Source of the DNA: Auanema rhodensis
Lineage: Eukaryota > Animalia > Nematoda
Length of the DNA stretch: 64,000 nt
Assembly: GCA_964057225.1 (NCBI GenBank)
Contig: OZ059896.1
Coordinates: 22,940,001-23,004,000 of the forward strand
Direction of reading: 5' to 3'
Shown here: piece by piece, positions 45,001-58,110 of the stretch
Position numbering within the stretch: position 1 is the stretch's first letter
Layout of the letters: every line of letters begins with the position of its first letter
Made by a program: the position numbers and the translations under genes
Notes under the pieces: generated by a model
Seen by the model: the letters and a program-made list of their open reading frames with translations, nothing else
Databases searched by the model: none
Told to the model about the DNA's origin: nothing

Positions 45001-48000
45001 GGTTTTCAAAATTAGATTCCCCATGTCCATATTAGTCTAAAAACAAATTTTTATTAATATTGGTTCATGGTAACCATGTCTTTGAAATTTACGTGAACTT
45101 TAATTTATGCTAATTAAATGTACACGTGATGTGCACTTGGTATGTAACTCGCTTCACGTGAAAGATAAAGAGATGCGGTTTTCAAAATTAGATTCCCCAT
45201 GTCCATATTAGTCTAAAAACAAATTTTTATTAATATTGGTTCATGGTAACCATGTCTTTGAAATTTACGTGAACTTTAATTTATGCTAATTAAATGTACA
45301 CGTGATGTGCACTTGGTATGTAACTCGCTTCACGTGAAAGATAAAGAGATGCGGTTTTCAAAATTAGATTCCCCATGTCCATATTAGTCTAAAAACAAAT
45401 TTTTATTAATATTGGTTCATGGTAACCATGTCTTTGAAATTTACGTGAACTTTAATTTATGCTAATTAAATGTACACGTGATGTGCACTTGGTATGTAAC
45501 TCGCTTCACGTGAAAGATAAAGAGATGCGGTTTTCAAAATTAGATTCCCCATGTCCATATTAGTCTAAAAACAAATTTTTATTAATATTGGTTCATGGTA
45601 ACCATGTCTTTGAAATTTACGTGAACTTTAATTTATGCTAATTAAATGTACACGTGATGTGCACTTGGTATGTAACTCGCTTCACGTGAAAGATAAAGAG
45701 ATGCGGTTTTCAAAATTAGATTCCCCATGTCCATATTAGTCTATAAACAAATTTTTATTGATATTGGTTCATGGTAACCATGACTTTGAAATTTACGTGA
45801 ACTTTAATTTATGCTAATTAAATGTACACGTGATGTGCTCTTGGTATGTAACTCGCTTCACGTGAAAGATAAAGAGATGCGGTTTTCAAAATTAGATTCC
45901 CCATGTCCATATTAGTCTAAAAACAAATTTTTATTAATATTGGTTCATGGTAACCATGTCTTTGAAATTTACGTGAAATTTAATTTATGCTAATTAAATG
46001 TACACGTGATGTGCACTTGGTATGTAACTCGCTTCACGTGAAAGATAAAGAGATGCGGTTTTCAAAATTAGATTCCCCATGTCCATATTAGTCTAAAAAC
46101 AATATTTTATTAATATTGGTTCATGGTAACCATGTATTTGAAATTTACGTGAACTTTAATTTATGCTAATTAAATGTACACGTGATGTGCTCTTGGTATG
46201 TAACTCGCTTCACGTGAAAGATAAAGAGATGCGGTTTTCAAAATTAGATTCCCCATGTCCATATTAGTCTAAAAACAAATTTTTATTAATATTGGTTCAT
46301 GGTAACCATGTCTTTGAAATTTACGTGAACTTTAATTTATGCTAATTAAATGTACACGTGATGTGCACTTGGTATGTAACTCGCTTCACGTGAAAGATAA
46401 AGAGATGCGGTTTTCAAAATTAGATTCCCCATGTCCATATTAGTCTAAAAACAAATTTTTATTGATATTGGTTCATGCTAACCATGACTTTGAAATTTAC
46501 GTGAACTTTAATTTATGCTAATTAAATGTACACGTGATGTGCACTTGGTATGTAACTCGCTTCACGTGAAAGATAAAGAGATGCGGTTTTCAAAATTAGA
46601 TTCCCCATGTCCATATTAGTCTAAAAACAAATTTTTATTGATATTGGTTCATGGTAACCATGACTTTGAAATTTACGTGAACTTTAATTTATGCTAATTA
46701 AATGTACACGTGATGTGCACTTGGTATGTAACTCGCTTCACGTGAAAGATAAAGAGATGCGGTTTTCAAAATTAGATTCCCCATGTCCATATTAGTCTAA
46801 AAACAAATTTTTATTAATATTGGTTCATGGTAACCATGACTTTGAAATTTACGTGAACTTTAATTTATGCTAATTAAATGTACACGTGATGTGCACTTGG
46901 TATGTAACTCGCTTCACGTGAAAGATAAAGAGATGCGGTTTTCAAAATTAGATTCCCCATGTCCATATTAGTCTAAAAACAAATTTTTATTAATATTGGT
47001 TCATGGTAACCATGTCTTTGAAATTTACGTGAACTTTAATTTATGCTAATTAAATGTACACGTGATGTGCACTTGGTATGTAACTCGCTTCACGTGAAAG
47101 ATAAAGAGATGCGGTTTTCAAAATTAGATTCCCCATGTCCATATTAGTCTAAAAACAATATTTTATTAATATTGGTTCATGGTAACCATGTCTTTGAAAT
47201 TTACGTGAACTTTAATTTATGCTAATTAAATGTACACGTGATGTGCACTTGGTATGTAACTCGCTTCACGTGAAAGATAAAGAGATGCGGTTTTCAAAAT
47301 TAGATTCCCCATGTCCATATTAGTCTAAAAACAAATTTTTATTAATATTGGTTCATGGTAACCATGTCTTTGAAATTTACGTGAACTTTAATTTATGCTA
47401 ATTAAATGTACACGTGATGTGCACTTGGTATGTAACTCGCTTCACGTGAAAGATAAAGAGATGCGGTTTTCAAAATTAGATTCCCCATGTCCATATTAGT
47501 CTAAAAACAAATTTTTATTAATATTGGTTCATGGTAACCATGTCTTTGAAATTTACGTGAACTTTAATTTATGCTAATTAAATGTACACGTGATGTGCAC
47601 TTGGTATGTAACTCGCTTCACGTGGAAGATAAAGAGATGCGGTTTTCAAAATTAGATTCCCCATGTCCATATTAGTCTAAAAACAAATTTTTATTAATAT
47701 TGGTTCATGGTAACCATGTCTTTGAAATTTACGTGAACTTTAATTTATGCTAATTAAATGTACACGTGATGTGCACTTGGTATGTAACTCGCTTCACGTG
47801 AAAGATAAAGAGATGCGGTTTTCAAAATTAGATTCCCCATGTCCATATTAGTCTAAAAACAAATTTTTATTAATATTGGTTCATGGTAACCATGTCTTTG
47901 AAATTTACGTGACCTTTAATTTATGCTAATTAAATGTACACGTGATGTGCACTTGGTATGTAACTCGCTTCACGTGAAAGAGAAAGAGATGCGGTTTTCA

Positions 48001-51000
48001 AAATTAGATTCCCCATGTCCATATTAGTCTAAAAACAAATTTTTATTAATATTGGTTCATGGTAACCATGTCTTTGAAATTTACGTGAACTTTAATTTAT
48101 GCTAATTAAATGTACACGTGATGTGCTCTTGGTATGTAACTCGCTTCACGTGAAAGATAAAGAGATGCGGTTTTCAAAATTAGATTCCCCATGTCCATAT
48201 TAGTCTAAAAACAAATTTTTATTAATATTGGTTCATGGTAACCATGTCTTTGAAATTTACGTGAACTTTAATTTATGCTAATTAAATGTACACGTGATGT
48301 GCACTTGGTATGTAACTCGCTTCACGTGAAAGATAAAGAGATGCGGTTTTCAAAATTAGATTCCCCATGTCCATATTAGTCTAAAAACAAATTTTTATTG
48401 ATATTGGTTCATGGTAACCATGACTTTGAAATTTACGTGAACTTTAATTTATGCTAATTAAATGTACACGTGATGTGCACTTGGTATGTAACTCGCTTCA
48501 CGTGAAAGATAAAGAGATGCGGTTTTCAAAATTAGATTCCCCATTTCCATATTAGTCTAAAAACAAATTTTTATTAATATTGGTTCATGGTAACCATGTC
48601 TTTGAAATTTACGTGAACTTTAATTTATGCTAATTAAATGTACACGTGATGTGCACTTGGTATGTAACTCGCTTCACGTGAAAGATAAAGAGATGCGGTT
48701 TTCAAAATTAGATTCCCCATGTCCATATTAGTCTAAAAACAAATTTTTATTGATATTGGTTCATGGTAACCATGTCTTTGAAATTTACGTAAACTTTAAT
48801 TTATGCTAATTAAATGTACACGTGATGTGCACTTGGTATGTAACTCGCTTCACGTGAAAGATAAAGAGATGCGGTTTTCAAAATTAGATTCCCCATGTCC
48901 ATTTTAGTCTAAAAACAAATTTTTATTGATATTGGTTCATGGTAACCATGACTTTGAAATTTACGTGAACTTTAATTTATGCTAATTAAATGTACACGTG
49001 ATGTGCACTTGGTATGTAACTCGCTTCACGTGAAAGATAAAGAGATGCGGTTTTCAAAATTAGATTCCCCATTTCCATATTAGTCTAAAAACAAATTTTT
49101 ATTAATATTGGTTCATGGTAACCATGTCTTTGAAATTTACGTGAACTTTAATTTATGCTAATTAAATGTACACGTGATGTTCACTTGGTATGTAACTCGC
49201 TTCACGTGAAAGATAAAGAGATGCGGTTTTCAAAATTAGATTCCCCATGTCCATATTAGTCTAAAAACAAATTTTTATTGAAATTGGTTCATGGTAACCA
49301 TGATTTTGAAATTTACGTGAACTTTAATTTATGCTAATTAAATGTACACGTGATGTGCATTTGGTATGTAACTCGCTTCACGTGAAAGATAAAGAAATGC
49401 GGTTTTCAAAATTAGATTCCCCATGTCCATTTTAGTCTAAAAACAAATTTTTATTGATATTGGTTCATGGTAACCATGACTTTGAAATTTACGTGAACTT
49501 TAATTTATGCTAATTAAATGTACACGTGATGTGCACTTGGTATGTAACTCGCTTCACGTGAAAGATAAAGAGATGCGGTTTTCAAAATTAGATTCCCCAT
49601 GTCCATATTAGTCTAAAAACAAATTTTTATTAATATTGGTTCATGGTAACCATGTCTTTGAAATTTACGTGAACTTTAATTTATGCTAATTAAATGTACA
49701 CGTGATGTGCTCTTGGTATGTAACTCGCTTCACGTGAAAGATAAAGAGATGCGGTTTTCAAAATTAGATTCCCCATGTCCATATTAGTCTAAAAACAAAT
49801 TTTTATTAATATTGGTTCATGGTAACCATGTCTTTGAAATTTACGTGAACTTTAATTTATGCTAATTAAATGTACACGTGATGTGCACTTGGTATGTAAC
49901 TCGCTTCACGTGAAAGATAAAGAGATGCGGTTTTCAAAATTAGATTCCCCATGTCCATATTAGTCTAAAAACAAATTTTTATTGATATTGGTTCATGGTA
50001 ACCATGACTTTGAAATTTACGTGAACTTTAATTTATGCTAATTAAATGTACACGTGATGTGCACTTGGTATGTAACTCGCTTCACGTGAAAGATAAAGAG
50101 ATGCGGTTTTCAAAATTAGATTCCCCATTTCCATATTAGTCTAAAAACAAATTTTTATTAATATTGGTTCATGGTAACCATGTCTTTGAAATTTACGTGA
50201 ACTTTAATTTATGCTAATTAAATGTACACGTGATGTTCACTTGGTATGTAACTCGCTTCACGTGAAAGATAAAGAGATGCGGTTTTCAAAATTAGATTCC
50301 CCATGTCCATATTAGTCTAAAAACAAATTTTTATTGATATTGGTTCATGGTAACCATGATTTTGAAATTTACGTGAACTTTAATTTATGCTAATTAAATG
50401 TACACGTGATGTGCTCTTGGTATGTAACTCGCTTCACTTGAAAGATAAAGAGATGCGGTTTTCAAAATTAGATTCCCCATGTCCATATTAGTCTAAAAAC
50501 AAATTTTTATTGATATTGGTTCATGGTAACCATGACTTTGAAATTTACGTGAACTTTAATTTATGCTAATTAAATGTACACGTGATGTGCACTTGGTATG
50601 TAACTCGCTTCACGTGAAAGATAAAGAGATGCGGTTTTCAAAATTAGATTCCCCATGTCCATATTAGTCTAAAAACAAATTTTTATTGATATTGGTTCAT
50701 GGTAACCATGACTTTGAAATTTACGTGAACTTTAATTTATGCTAATTAAATGTACACGTGATGTGCACTTGGTATGTAACTCGCTTCACGTGAAAGATAA
50801 AGAGATGCGGTTTTCAAAATTAGATTCCCCATGTCCATATTAGTCTAAAAACAAATTTTTATTGATATTGGTGCATGGTAACCATGACTTTGAAATTTAC
50901 GTGAACTTTAATTTATGCTAATTAAATGTACACGTGATGTGCACTTGGTATGTAACTCGCTTCACGTAAAAGATAAAGAGATGCGGTTTTCAAAATTAGA

Positions 51001-54000
51001 TTCCCCATGTCCATATTAGTCTAAAAACAAATTTTTATTGATATTGGTTCATGGTAACCATGACTTTGAAATTTACGTGAACTTTAATTTATGCTAATTA
51101 AATGTACACGTGATGTGCACTTGGTATGTAACTCGCTTCACGTAAAAGATAAAGAGATGCGGTTTTCAAAATTAGATTCCCCATGTCCATATTAGTCTAA
51201 AAACAAATTTTTATTAATATTGGTTCATGGTAACCATGACTTTGAAATTTACGTGAACTTTAATTTATGCTAATTAAATGTACACGTGATGTTCACTTGG
51301 TATGTAACTCGCTTCACGTGAAAGATAAAGAGATGCGGTTTTCAAAATTAGATTCCCCATGTCCATATTAGTCTAAAAACAAATTTTTATTGATATTGGT
51401 TCATGGTAACCATGATTTTGAAATTTACGTGAACTTTAATTTATGCTAATTAAATGTACACGTGATGTGCATTTGGTATGTAACTCGCTTCACGTGAAAG
51501 ATAAAGAAATGCGGTTTTCAAAATTAGATTCCCCATGTCCATTTTAGTCTAAAAACAAATTTTTATTGATATTGGTTCATGGTAACCATGACTTTGAAAT
51601 TTACGTGAACTTTAATTTATGCTAATTAAATGTACACGTGATGTGCACTTGGTATGTAACTCGCTTCACGTGAAAGATAAAGAGATGCGGTTTTCAAAAT
51701 TAGATTCCCCATGTCCATTTTAGTCTAAAAACAAATTTTTATTGATATTGGTTCATGGTAACCATGACTTTGAAATTTACGTGAACTTTAATTTATGCTA
51801 ATTAAATGTACACGTGATGTGCACTTGGTATGTAACTCGCTTCACGTGAAAGATAAAGAGATGCGGTTTTCAAAATTAGATTCCCCATTTCCATATTAGT
51901 CTAAAAACAAATTTTTATTAATATTGGTTCATGGTAACCATGTCTTTGAAATTTACGTGAACTTTAATTTATGCTAATTAAATGTACACGTGATGTGCAC
52001 TTGGTATGTAACTCGCTTCACGTGAAAGATAAAGAGATGCGGTTTTCAAAATTAGATTCCCCATGTCCATATTAGTCTAAAAACAAATTTTTATTGATAT
52101 TGGTTCATGGTAACCATGTCTTTGAAATTTACGTAAACTTTAATTTATGCTAATTAAATGTACACGTGATGTGCACTTGGTATGTAACTCGCTTCACGTG
52201 AAAGATAAAGAGATGCGGTTTTCAAAATTAGATTCCCCATGTCCATTTTAGTCTAAAAACAAATTTTTATTGATATTGGTTCATGGTAACCATGACTTTG
52301 AAATTTACGTGAACTTTAATTTATGCTAATTAAATGTACACGTGATGTGCACTTGGTATGTAACTCGCTTCACGTGAAAGATAAAGAGATGCGGTTTTCA
52401 AAATTAGATTCCCCATTTCCATATTAGTCTAAAAACAAATTTTTATTAATATTGGTTCATGGTAACCATGTCTTTGAAATTTACGTGAACTTTAATTTAT
52501 GCTAATTAAATGTACACGTGATGTTCACTTGGTATGTAACTCGCTTCACGTGAAAGATAAAGAGATGCGGTTTTCAAAATTAGATTCCCCATGTCCATAT
52601 TAGTCTAAAAACAAATTTTTATTGATATTGGTTCATGGTAACCATGATTTTGAAATTTACGTGAACTTTAATTTATGCTAATTAAATGTACACGTGATGT
52701 GCATTTGGTATGTAACTCGCTTCACGTGAAAGATAAAGAAATGCGGTTTTCAAAATTAGATTCCCCATGTCCATTTTAGTCTAAAAACAAATTTTTATTG
52801 ATATTGGTTCATGGTAACCATGACTTTGAAATTTACGTGAACTTTAATTTATGCTAATTAAATGTACACGTGATGTGCACTTGGTATGTAACTCGCTTCA
52901 CGTGAAAGATAAAGAGATGCGGTTTTCAAAATTAGATTCCCCATGTCCATATTAGTCTAAAAACAAATTTTTATTGATATTGGTTCATGGTAACCATGAC
53001 TTTGAAATTTACGTGAACTTTAATTTATGCTAATTAAATGTACACGTGATGTGCACTTGGTATGTAACTCGCTTCACGTGAAAGATAAAGAGATGCGGTT
53101 TTCAAAATTAGATTCCCCATGTCCATATTAGTCTAAAAACAAATTTTTATTGATATTGGTTCATGGTAACCATGACTTTGAAATTTACGTGAACTTTAAT
53201 TTATGCTAATTAAATGTACACGTGATGTGCACTTGGTATGTAACTCGCTTCACGTAAAAGATAAAGAGATGCGGTTTTTAAAATTAGATTCCCCATGTCC
53301 ATATTAGTCTAAAAACAAATTTTTATTAATATTGGTTCATGGTAACCATGTCTTTGAAATTTACGTGAACTTTAATTTATGCTAATTAAATGTACACGTA
53401 ATGTGCACTTGGTATGTAACTCGCTTCACGTGAAAGATAAAGAGATGCGGTTTTCAAAATTAGATTCCCCATGTCCATATTAGTCTAAAAACAAATTTTT
53501 ATTGATATTGGTTCATGGTAACCATGACTTTGAAATTTACGTGAACTTTAATTTATGCTAATTAAATGTACACGTGATGTGCACTTGGTATGTAACTCGC
53601 TTCACGTAAAAGATAAAGAGATGCGGTTTTCAAAATTAGATTCCCCATGTCCATATTAGTCTAAAAACAAATTTTTATTAATATTGGTTCATGGTAACCA
53701 TGTCTTTGAAATTTACGTGAACTTTAATTTATGCTAATTAAATGTACACGTGATGTTCACTTGGTATGTAACTCGCTTCACGTGAAAGATAAAGAGATGC
53801 GGTTTTCAAAATTAGATTCCCCATGTCCATATTAGTCTAAAAACAAATTTTTATTGATATTGGTTCATGGTAACCATGATTTTGAAATTTACGTGAACTT
53901 TAATTTATGCTAATTAAATGTACACGTGATGTGCATTTGGTATGTAACTCGCTTCACGTGAAAGATAAAGAAATGCGGTTTTCAAAATTAGATTCCCCAT

Positions 54001-57000
54001 GTCCATTTTAGTCTAAAAACAAATTTTTATTGATATTGGTTCATGGTAACCATGACTTTGAAATTTACGTGAACTTTAATTTATGCTAATTAAATGTACA
54101 CGTGATGTGCACTTGGTATGTAACTCGCTTCACGTGAAAGATAAAGAGATGCGGTTTTCAAAATTAGATTCCCCATGTCCATATTAGTCTAAAAACAAAT
54201 TTTTATTGATATTGGTTCATGGTAACCATGATTTTGAAATTTACGTGAACTTTAATTTATGCTAATTAAATGTACACGTGATGTGCATTTGGTATGTAAC
54301 TCGCTTCACGTGAAAGATAAAGAAATGCGGTTTTCAAAATTAGATTCCCCATGTCCATATTAGTCTAAAAACAAATTTTTATTAATATTGGTTCATGGTA
54401 ACCATGTCTTTGAAATTTACGTGAACTTTAATTTATGCTAATTAAATGTACACGTGATGTTCACTTGGTATGTAACTCGCTTCACGTGAAAGATAAAGAG
54501 ATGCGGTTTTCAAAATTAGATTCCCCATGTCCATATTAGTCTAAAAACAAATTTTTATTGATATTGGTTCATGGTAACCATGATTTTGAAATTTACGTGA
54601 ACTTTAATTTATGCTAATTAAATGTACACGTGATGTGCATTTGGTATGTAACTCGCTTCACGTGAAAGATAAAGAAATGCGGTTTTCAAAATTAGATTCC
54701 CCATGTCCATTTTAGTCTAAAAACAAATTTTTATTGATATTGGTTCATGGTAACCATGACTTTGAAATTTACGTGAACTTTAATTTATGCTAATTAAATG
54801 TACACGTGATGTGCACTTGGTATGTAACTCGCTTCACGTGAAAGATAAAGAGATGCGGTTTTCAAAATTAGATTCCCCATGTCCATATTAGTCTAAAAAC
54901 AAATTTTTATTGATATTGGTTCATGGTAACCATGACTTTGAAATTTACGTGAACTTTAATTTATGCTAATTAAATGTACACGTGATGTGCACTTGGTATG
55001 TAACTCGCTTCACGTGAAAGATAAAGAGATGCGGTTTTCAAAATTAGATTCCCCATGTCCATATTAGTCTAAAAACAAATTTTTATTGATATTGGTTCAT
55101 GGTAACCATGACTTTGAAATTTACGTGAACTTTAATTTATGCTAATTAAATGTACACGTGATGTGCACTTGGTATGTAACTCGCTTCACGTAAAAGATAA
55201 AGAGATGCGGTTTTCAAAATTAGATTCCCCATGTCCATATTAGTCTAAAAACAAATTTTTATTAATATTGGTTCATGGTAACCATGTCTTTGAAATTTAC
55301 GTGAACTTTAATTTATGCTAATTAAATGTACACGTGATGTGCACTTGGTATGTAACTCGCTTCACGTGAAAGATAAAGAGATGCGGTTTTCAAAATTAGA
55401 TTCCCCATGTCCATATTAGTCTAAAAACAAATTTTTATTGATATTGGTTCATGGTAACCATGACTTTGAAATTTACGTGAACTTTAATTTATGCTAATTA
55501 AATGTACACGTGATGTGCACTTGGTATGTAACTCGCTTCACGTAAAAGATAAAGAGATGCGGTTTTCAAAATTAGATTCCCCATGTCCATATTAGTCTAA
55601 AAACAAATTTTTATTAATATTGGTTCATGGTAACCATGTCTTTGAAATTTACGTGAACTTTAATTTATGCTAATTAAATGTACACGGGATGTGCACTTGG
55701 TATGTAACTCGCTTCACGTGAAAGATAAAGAGATGCGGTTTTCAAAATTAGATTCCCCATGTCCATATTAGTCTAAAAACAAATTTTTATTAATATTGGT
55801 TCATGGTAACCATGTCTTTGAAATTTACGTGAACTTTAATTTATGCTAATTAAATGTACACGTGATGTGCACTTGGTATGTAACTCGCTTCACGTGAAAG
55901 ATAAAGAGATGCGGTTTTCAAAATTAGATTCCCCATGTCCATATTAGTCTAAAAACAAATTTTTATTAATATTGGTTCATGGTAACCATGACTTTGAAAT
56001 TTACGTGAACTTTAATTTATGCTAATTAAATGTACACGTGATGTGCACTTGGTATGTAACTCGCTTCACGTGAAAGATAAAGAGATGCGGTTTTCAAAAT
56101 TAGATTCCCCATGTCCATATTAGTCTAAAAACAAATTTTTATTAATATTGGTTCATGGTAACCATGTCTTTGAAATTTACGTGAACTTTAATTTATGCTA
56201 ATTAAATGTACACGTGATGTGCACTTGGTATGTAACTCGCTTCACGTAAAAGATAAAAAGATGCGGTTTTCAAAATTAGATTCCCCATGTCCATATTAGT
56301 CTAAAAACAAATTTTTATTGATATTGGTTCATGGTAACCATGATTTTGAAATTTACGTGAACTTTAATTTATGCTAATTAAATGTACACGTGATGTGCAC
56401 TTGATATGTAACTCGCTTCACGTGAAAGATAAAGAAATGCGGTTTTCAAAATTAGATTCCCCATGTCCATTTTAGTCTAAAAACAAATTTTTATTGATAT
56501 TGGTTCATGGTAACCATGACTTTGAAATTTACGTGAACTTTAATTTATGCTAATTAAATGTACACGTGATGTGCACTTGGTATGTAACTCGCTTCACGTG
56601 AAAGATAAAGAGATGCGGTTTTCAAAATTAGATTCCCCATGTCCATATTAGTCTAAAAACAAATTTTTATTAATATTGGTTCATGGTAACCATGTCTTTG
56701 AAATTTACGTGAACTTTAATTTATGCTAATTAAATGTACACGTGATGTGCACTTGGTATGTAACTCGCTTCACGTGAAAGATAAAGAGATGCGGTTTTCA
56801 AAATTAGATTCCCCATGTCCATATTAGTCTAAAAACAAATTTTTATTGATATTGGTTCATGGTAAGCATGTCTTTGAAATTTACGTGAACTTTAATTTAT
56901 GCTAATTAAATGTACACGTGATGTGCACTTGGTATGTAACTCGCTTCACGTGAAAGATAAAGAGATGCGGTTTTCAAAATTAGATTCCCCATGTCCATAT

Positions 57001-57623
57001 TAGTCTAAAAACAAATTTTTATTAATATTGGTTCATGGTAACCATGTCTTTGAAATTTACGTGAACTTTAATTTATGCTAATTAAATGTACACGTGATGT
57101 GCACTTGGTATGTAACTCGCTTCACGTGAAAGATAAAGAGATGCGGTTTTCAAAATTAGATTTTCCATGTCCATATTAGTCTAAAAACAAATTTTTATTA
57201 ATATTGGTTCATGGTAACCATGTCTTTGAAATTTACGTGAACTTTAATTTATGCTAATTAAATGTACACGTGATGTGCACTTGGTATGTAACTCGCTTCA
57301 CGTGAAAGATAAAGAGATGCGGTTTTCAAAATTAGGTTCCCCATGTCCATATTAGTCTAAAAACAAATTTTTATTGATATTGGTTCATGGTAACCATGAC
57401 TTTGAAATTTACGTGAACTTTAATTTATGCTAATTAAATGTACACGTGATGTGCACTTGGTATGTAACTCGCTTCACGTGAAAGATAAAGAGATGCGGTT
57501 TTCAAAATTAGATTTCCCATGTTCATATTAGTCTAAAAACAAATTTTTATTAATATTGGTTCATGGTAACCATGTCTTTGAAATTTACGTGAACTTTAAT
57601 TTATGCTAATTAAATGTACACGT
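1..57623 (+). repeat. 176-bp tandem satellite array, left arm (327 full monomers + 67 bp)
   Basis: The monomer TGGTTCATGGTAACCATG...TTTTTATTAATAT starts at 1, 177, 355, 531, 707... The period is 176 except three 178-bp units (177, 707, 885) and two 175-bp units (1-bp deletion near 27417 and 37624). Most monomers differ from consensus by only a few substitutions. Confidence 0.99.
57621..57623 (+). repeat. Possible 3-bp target-site duplication CGT (second copy 62717-62719)
   Basis: Left junction TGTACA-CGT|TTAATG; right junction CACGG|CGT-GATGTG. The CG of the right copy also fits the element's repeat, so it may be microhomology. Confidence 0.5.
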
Positions 57624-58110
57624 TTAATGTTTATTGTTCAATATCACAGGTTAAGACAGTAGCTGTTAAGTCATGGAGTGAAAAAATCAAGAACCATTCA
57701 ATAAGAACATAAAAAAGGACTTTTAATATTGTAAGTTCGATAAGAGCTCGCTTATCTATGATCAATAGTGAACAGTCTGCCAAATAAAATTCTTGCTGTA
57801 TGCTTGGGGTTTGTTCAGCACAATGGCTGACCTCACTAATGTGGTTGTTAGGTACGGTGGTACTCGTGATGTGAGGCAAGCCCGTTCTAGCAATTTGGAG
57901 GTAACTAGCGTCCGATCCGTATGACTAATGTCTATAGGAATAGTGACGAAGTAACAATTATTGAGAAGGGACAAAGAAAAATAGATGGTAGACTGTTGCC
58001 ATGTGGTCATAGAGAAGTGTGAAAAAATACGAACTACAAATAAAAAGGAGCCTGATAAAAGAAAAAAAATAGTTTTTCGAGAGGTGAGAACATTAATTAC
58101 AATGGATGGT
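57624..58110 (-). other. LINE 3' UTR (~487 bp)
   Basis: Lies between the ORF2 stop and the satellite junction. The sense strand ends ...GAACAATAAACATTAA. Confidence 0.85.
57630..57635 (-). promoter_or_regulatory. Polyadenylation-type signal AATAAA at the element 3' end
   Basis: Plus-strand TTTATT lies 6 bp from the 3' junction. Confidence 0.6.

Noticed and set aside
1-57623. CRISPR array, or identity with Arabidopsis CEN178 or primate alpha satellite
   Set aside because: There are no unique spacers. The period is 176 and the sequence does not resemble those monomers as I recall them.
57905-57955. Hammerhead- or HDV-like ribozyme in the UTRs
   Set aside because: Short stems exist, but the conserved cores (CUGAUGA...GAAA; nested double pseudoknot) could not be found on either strand by eye.
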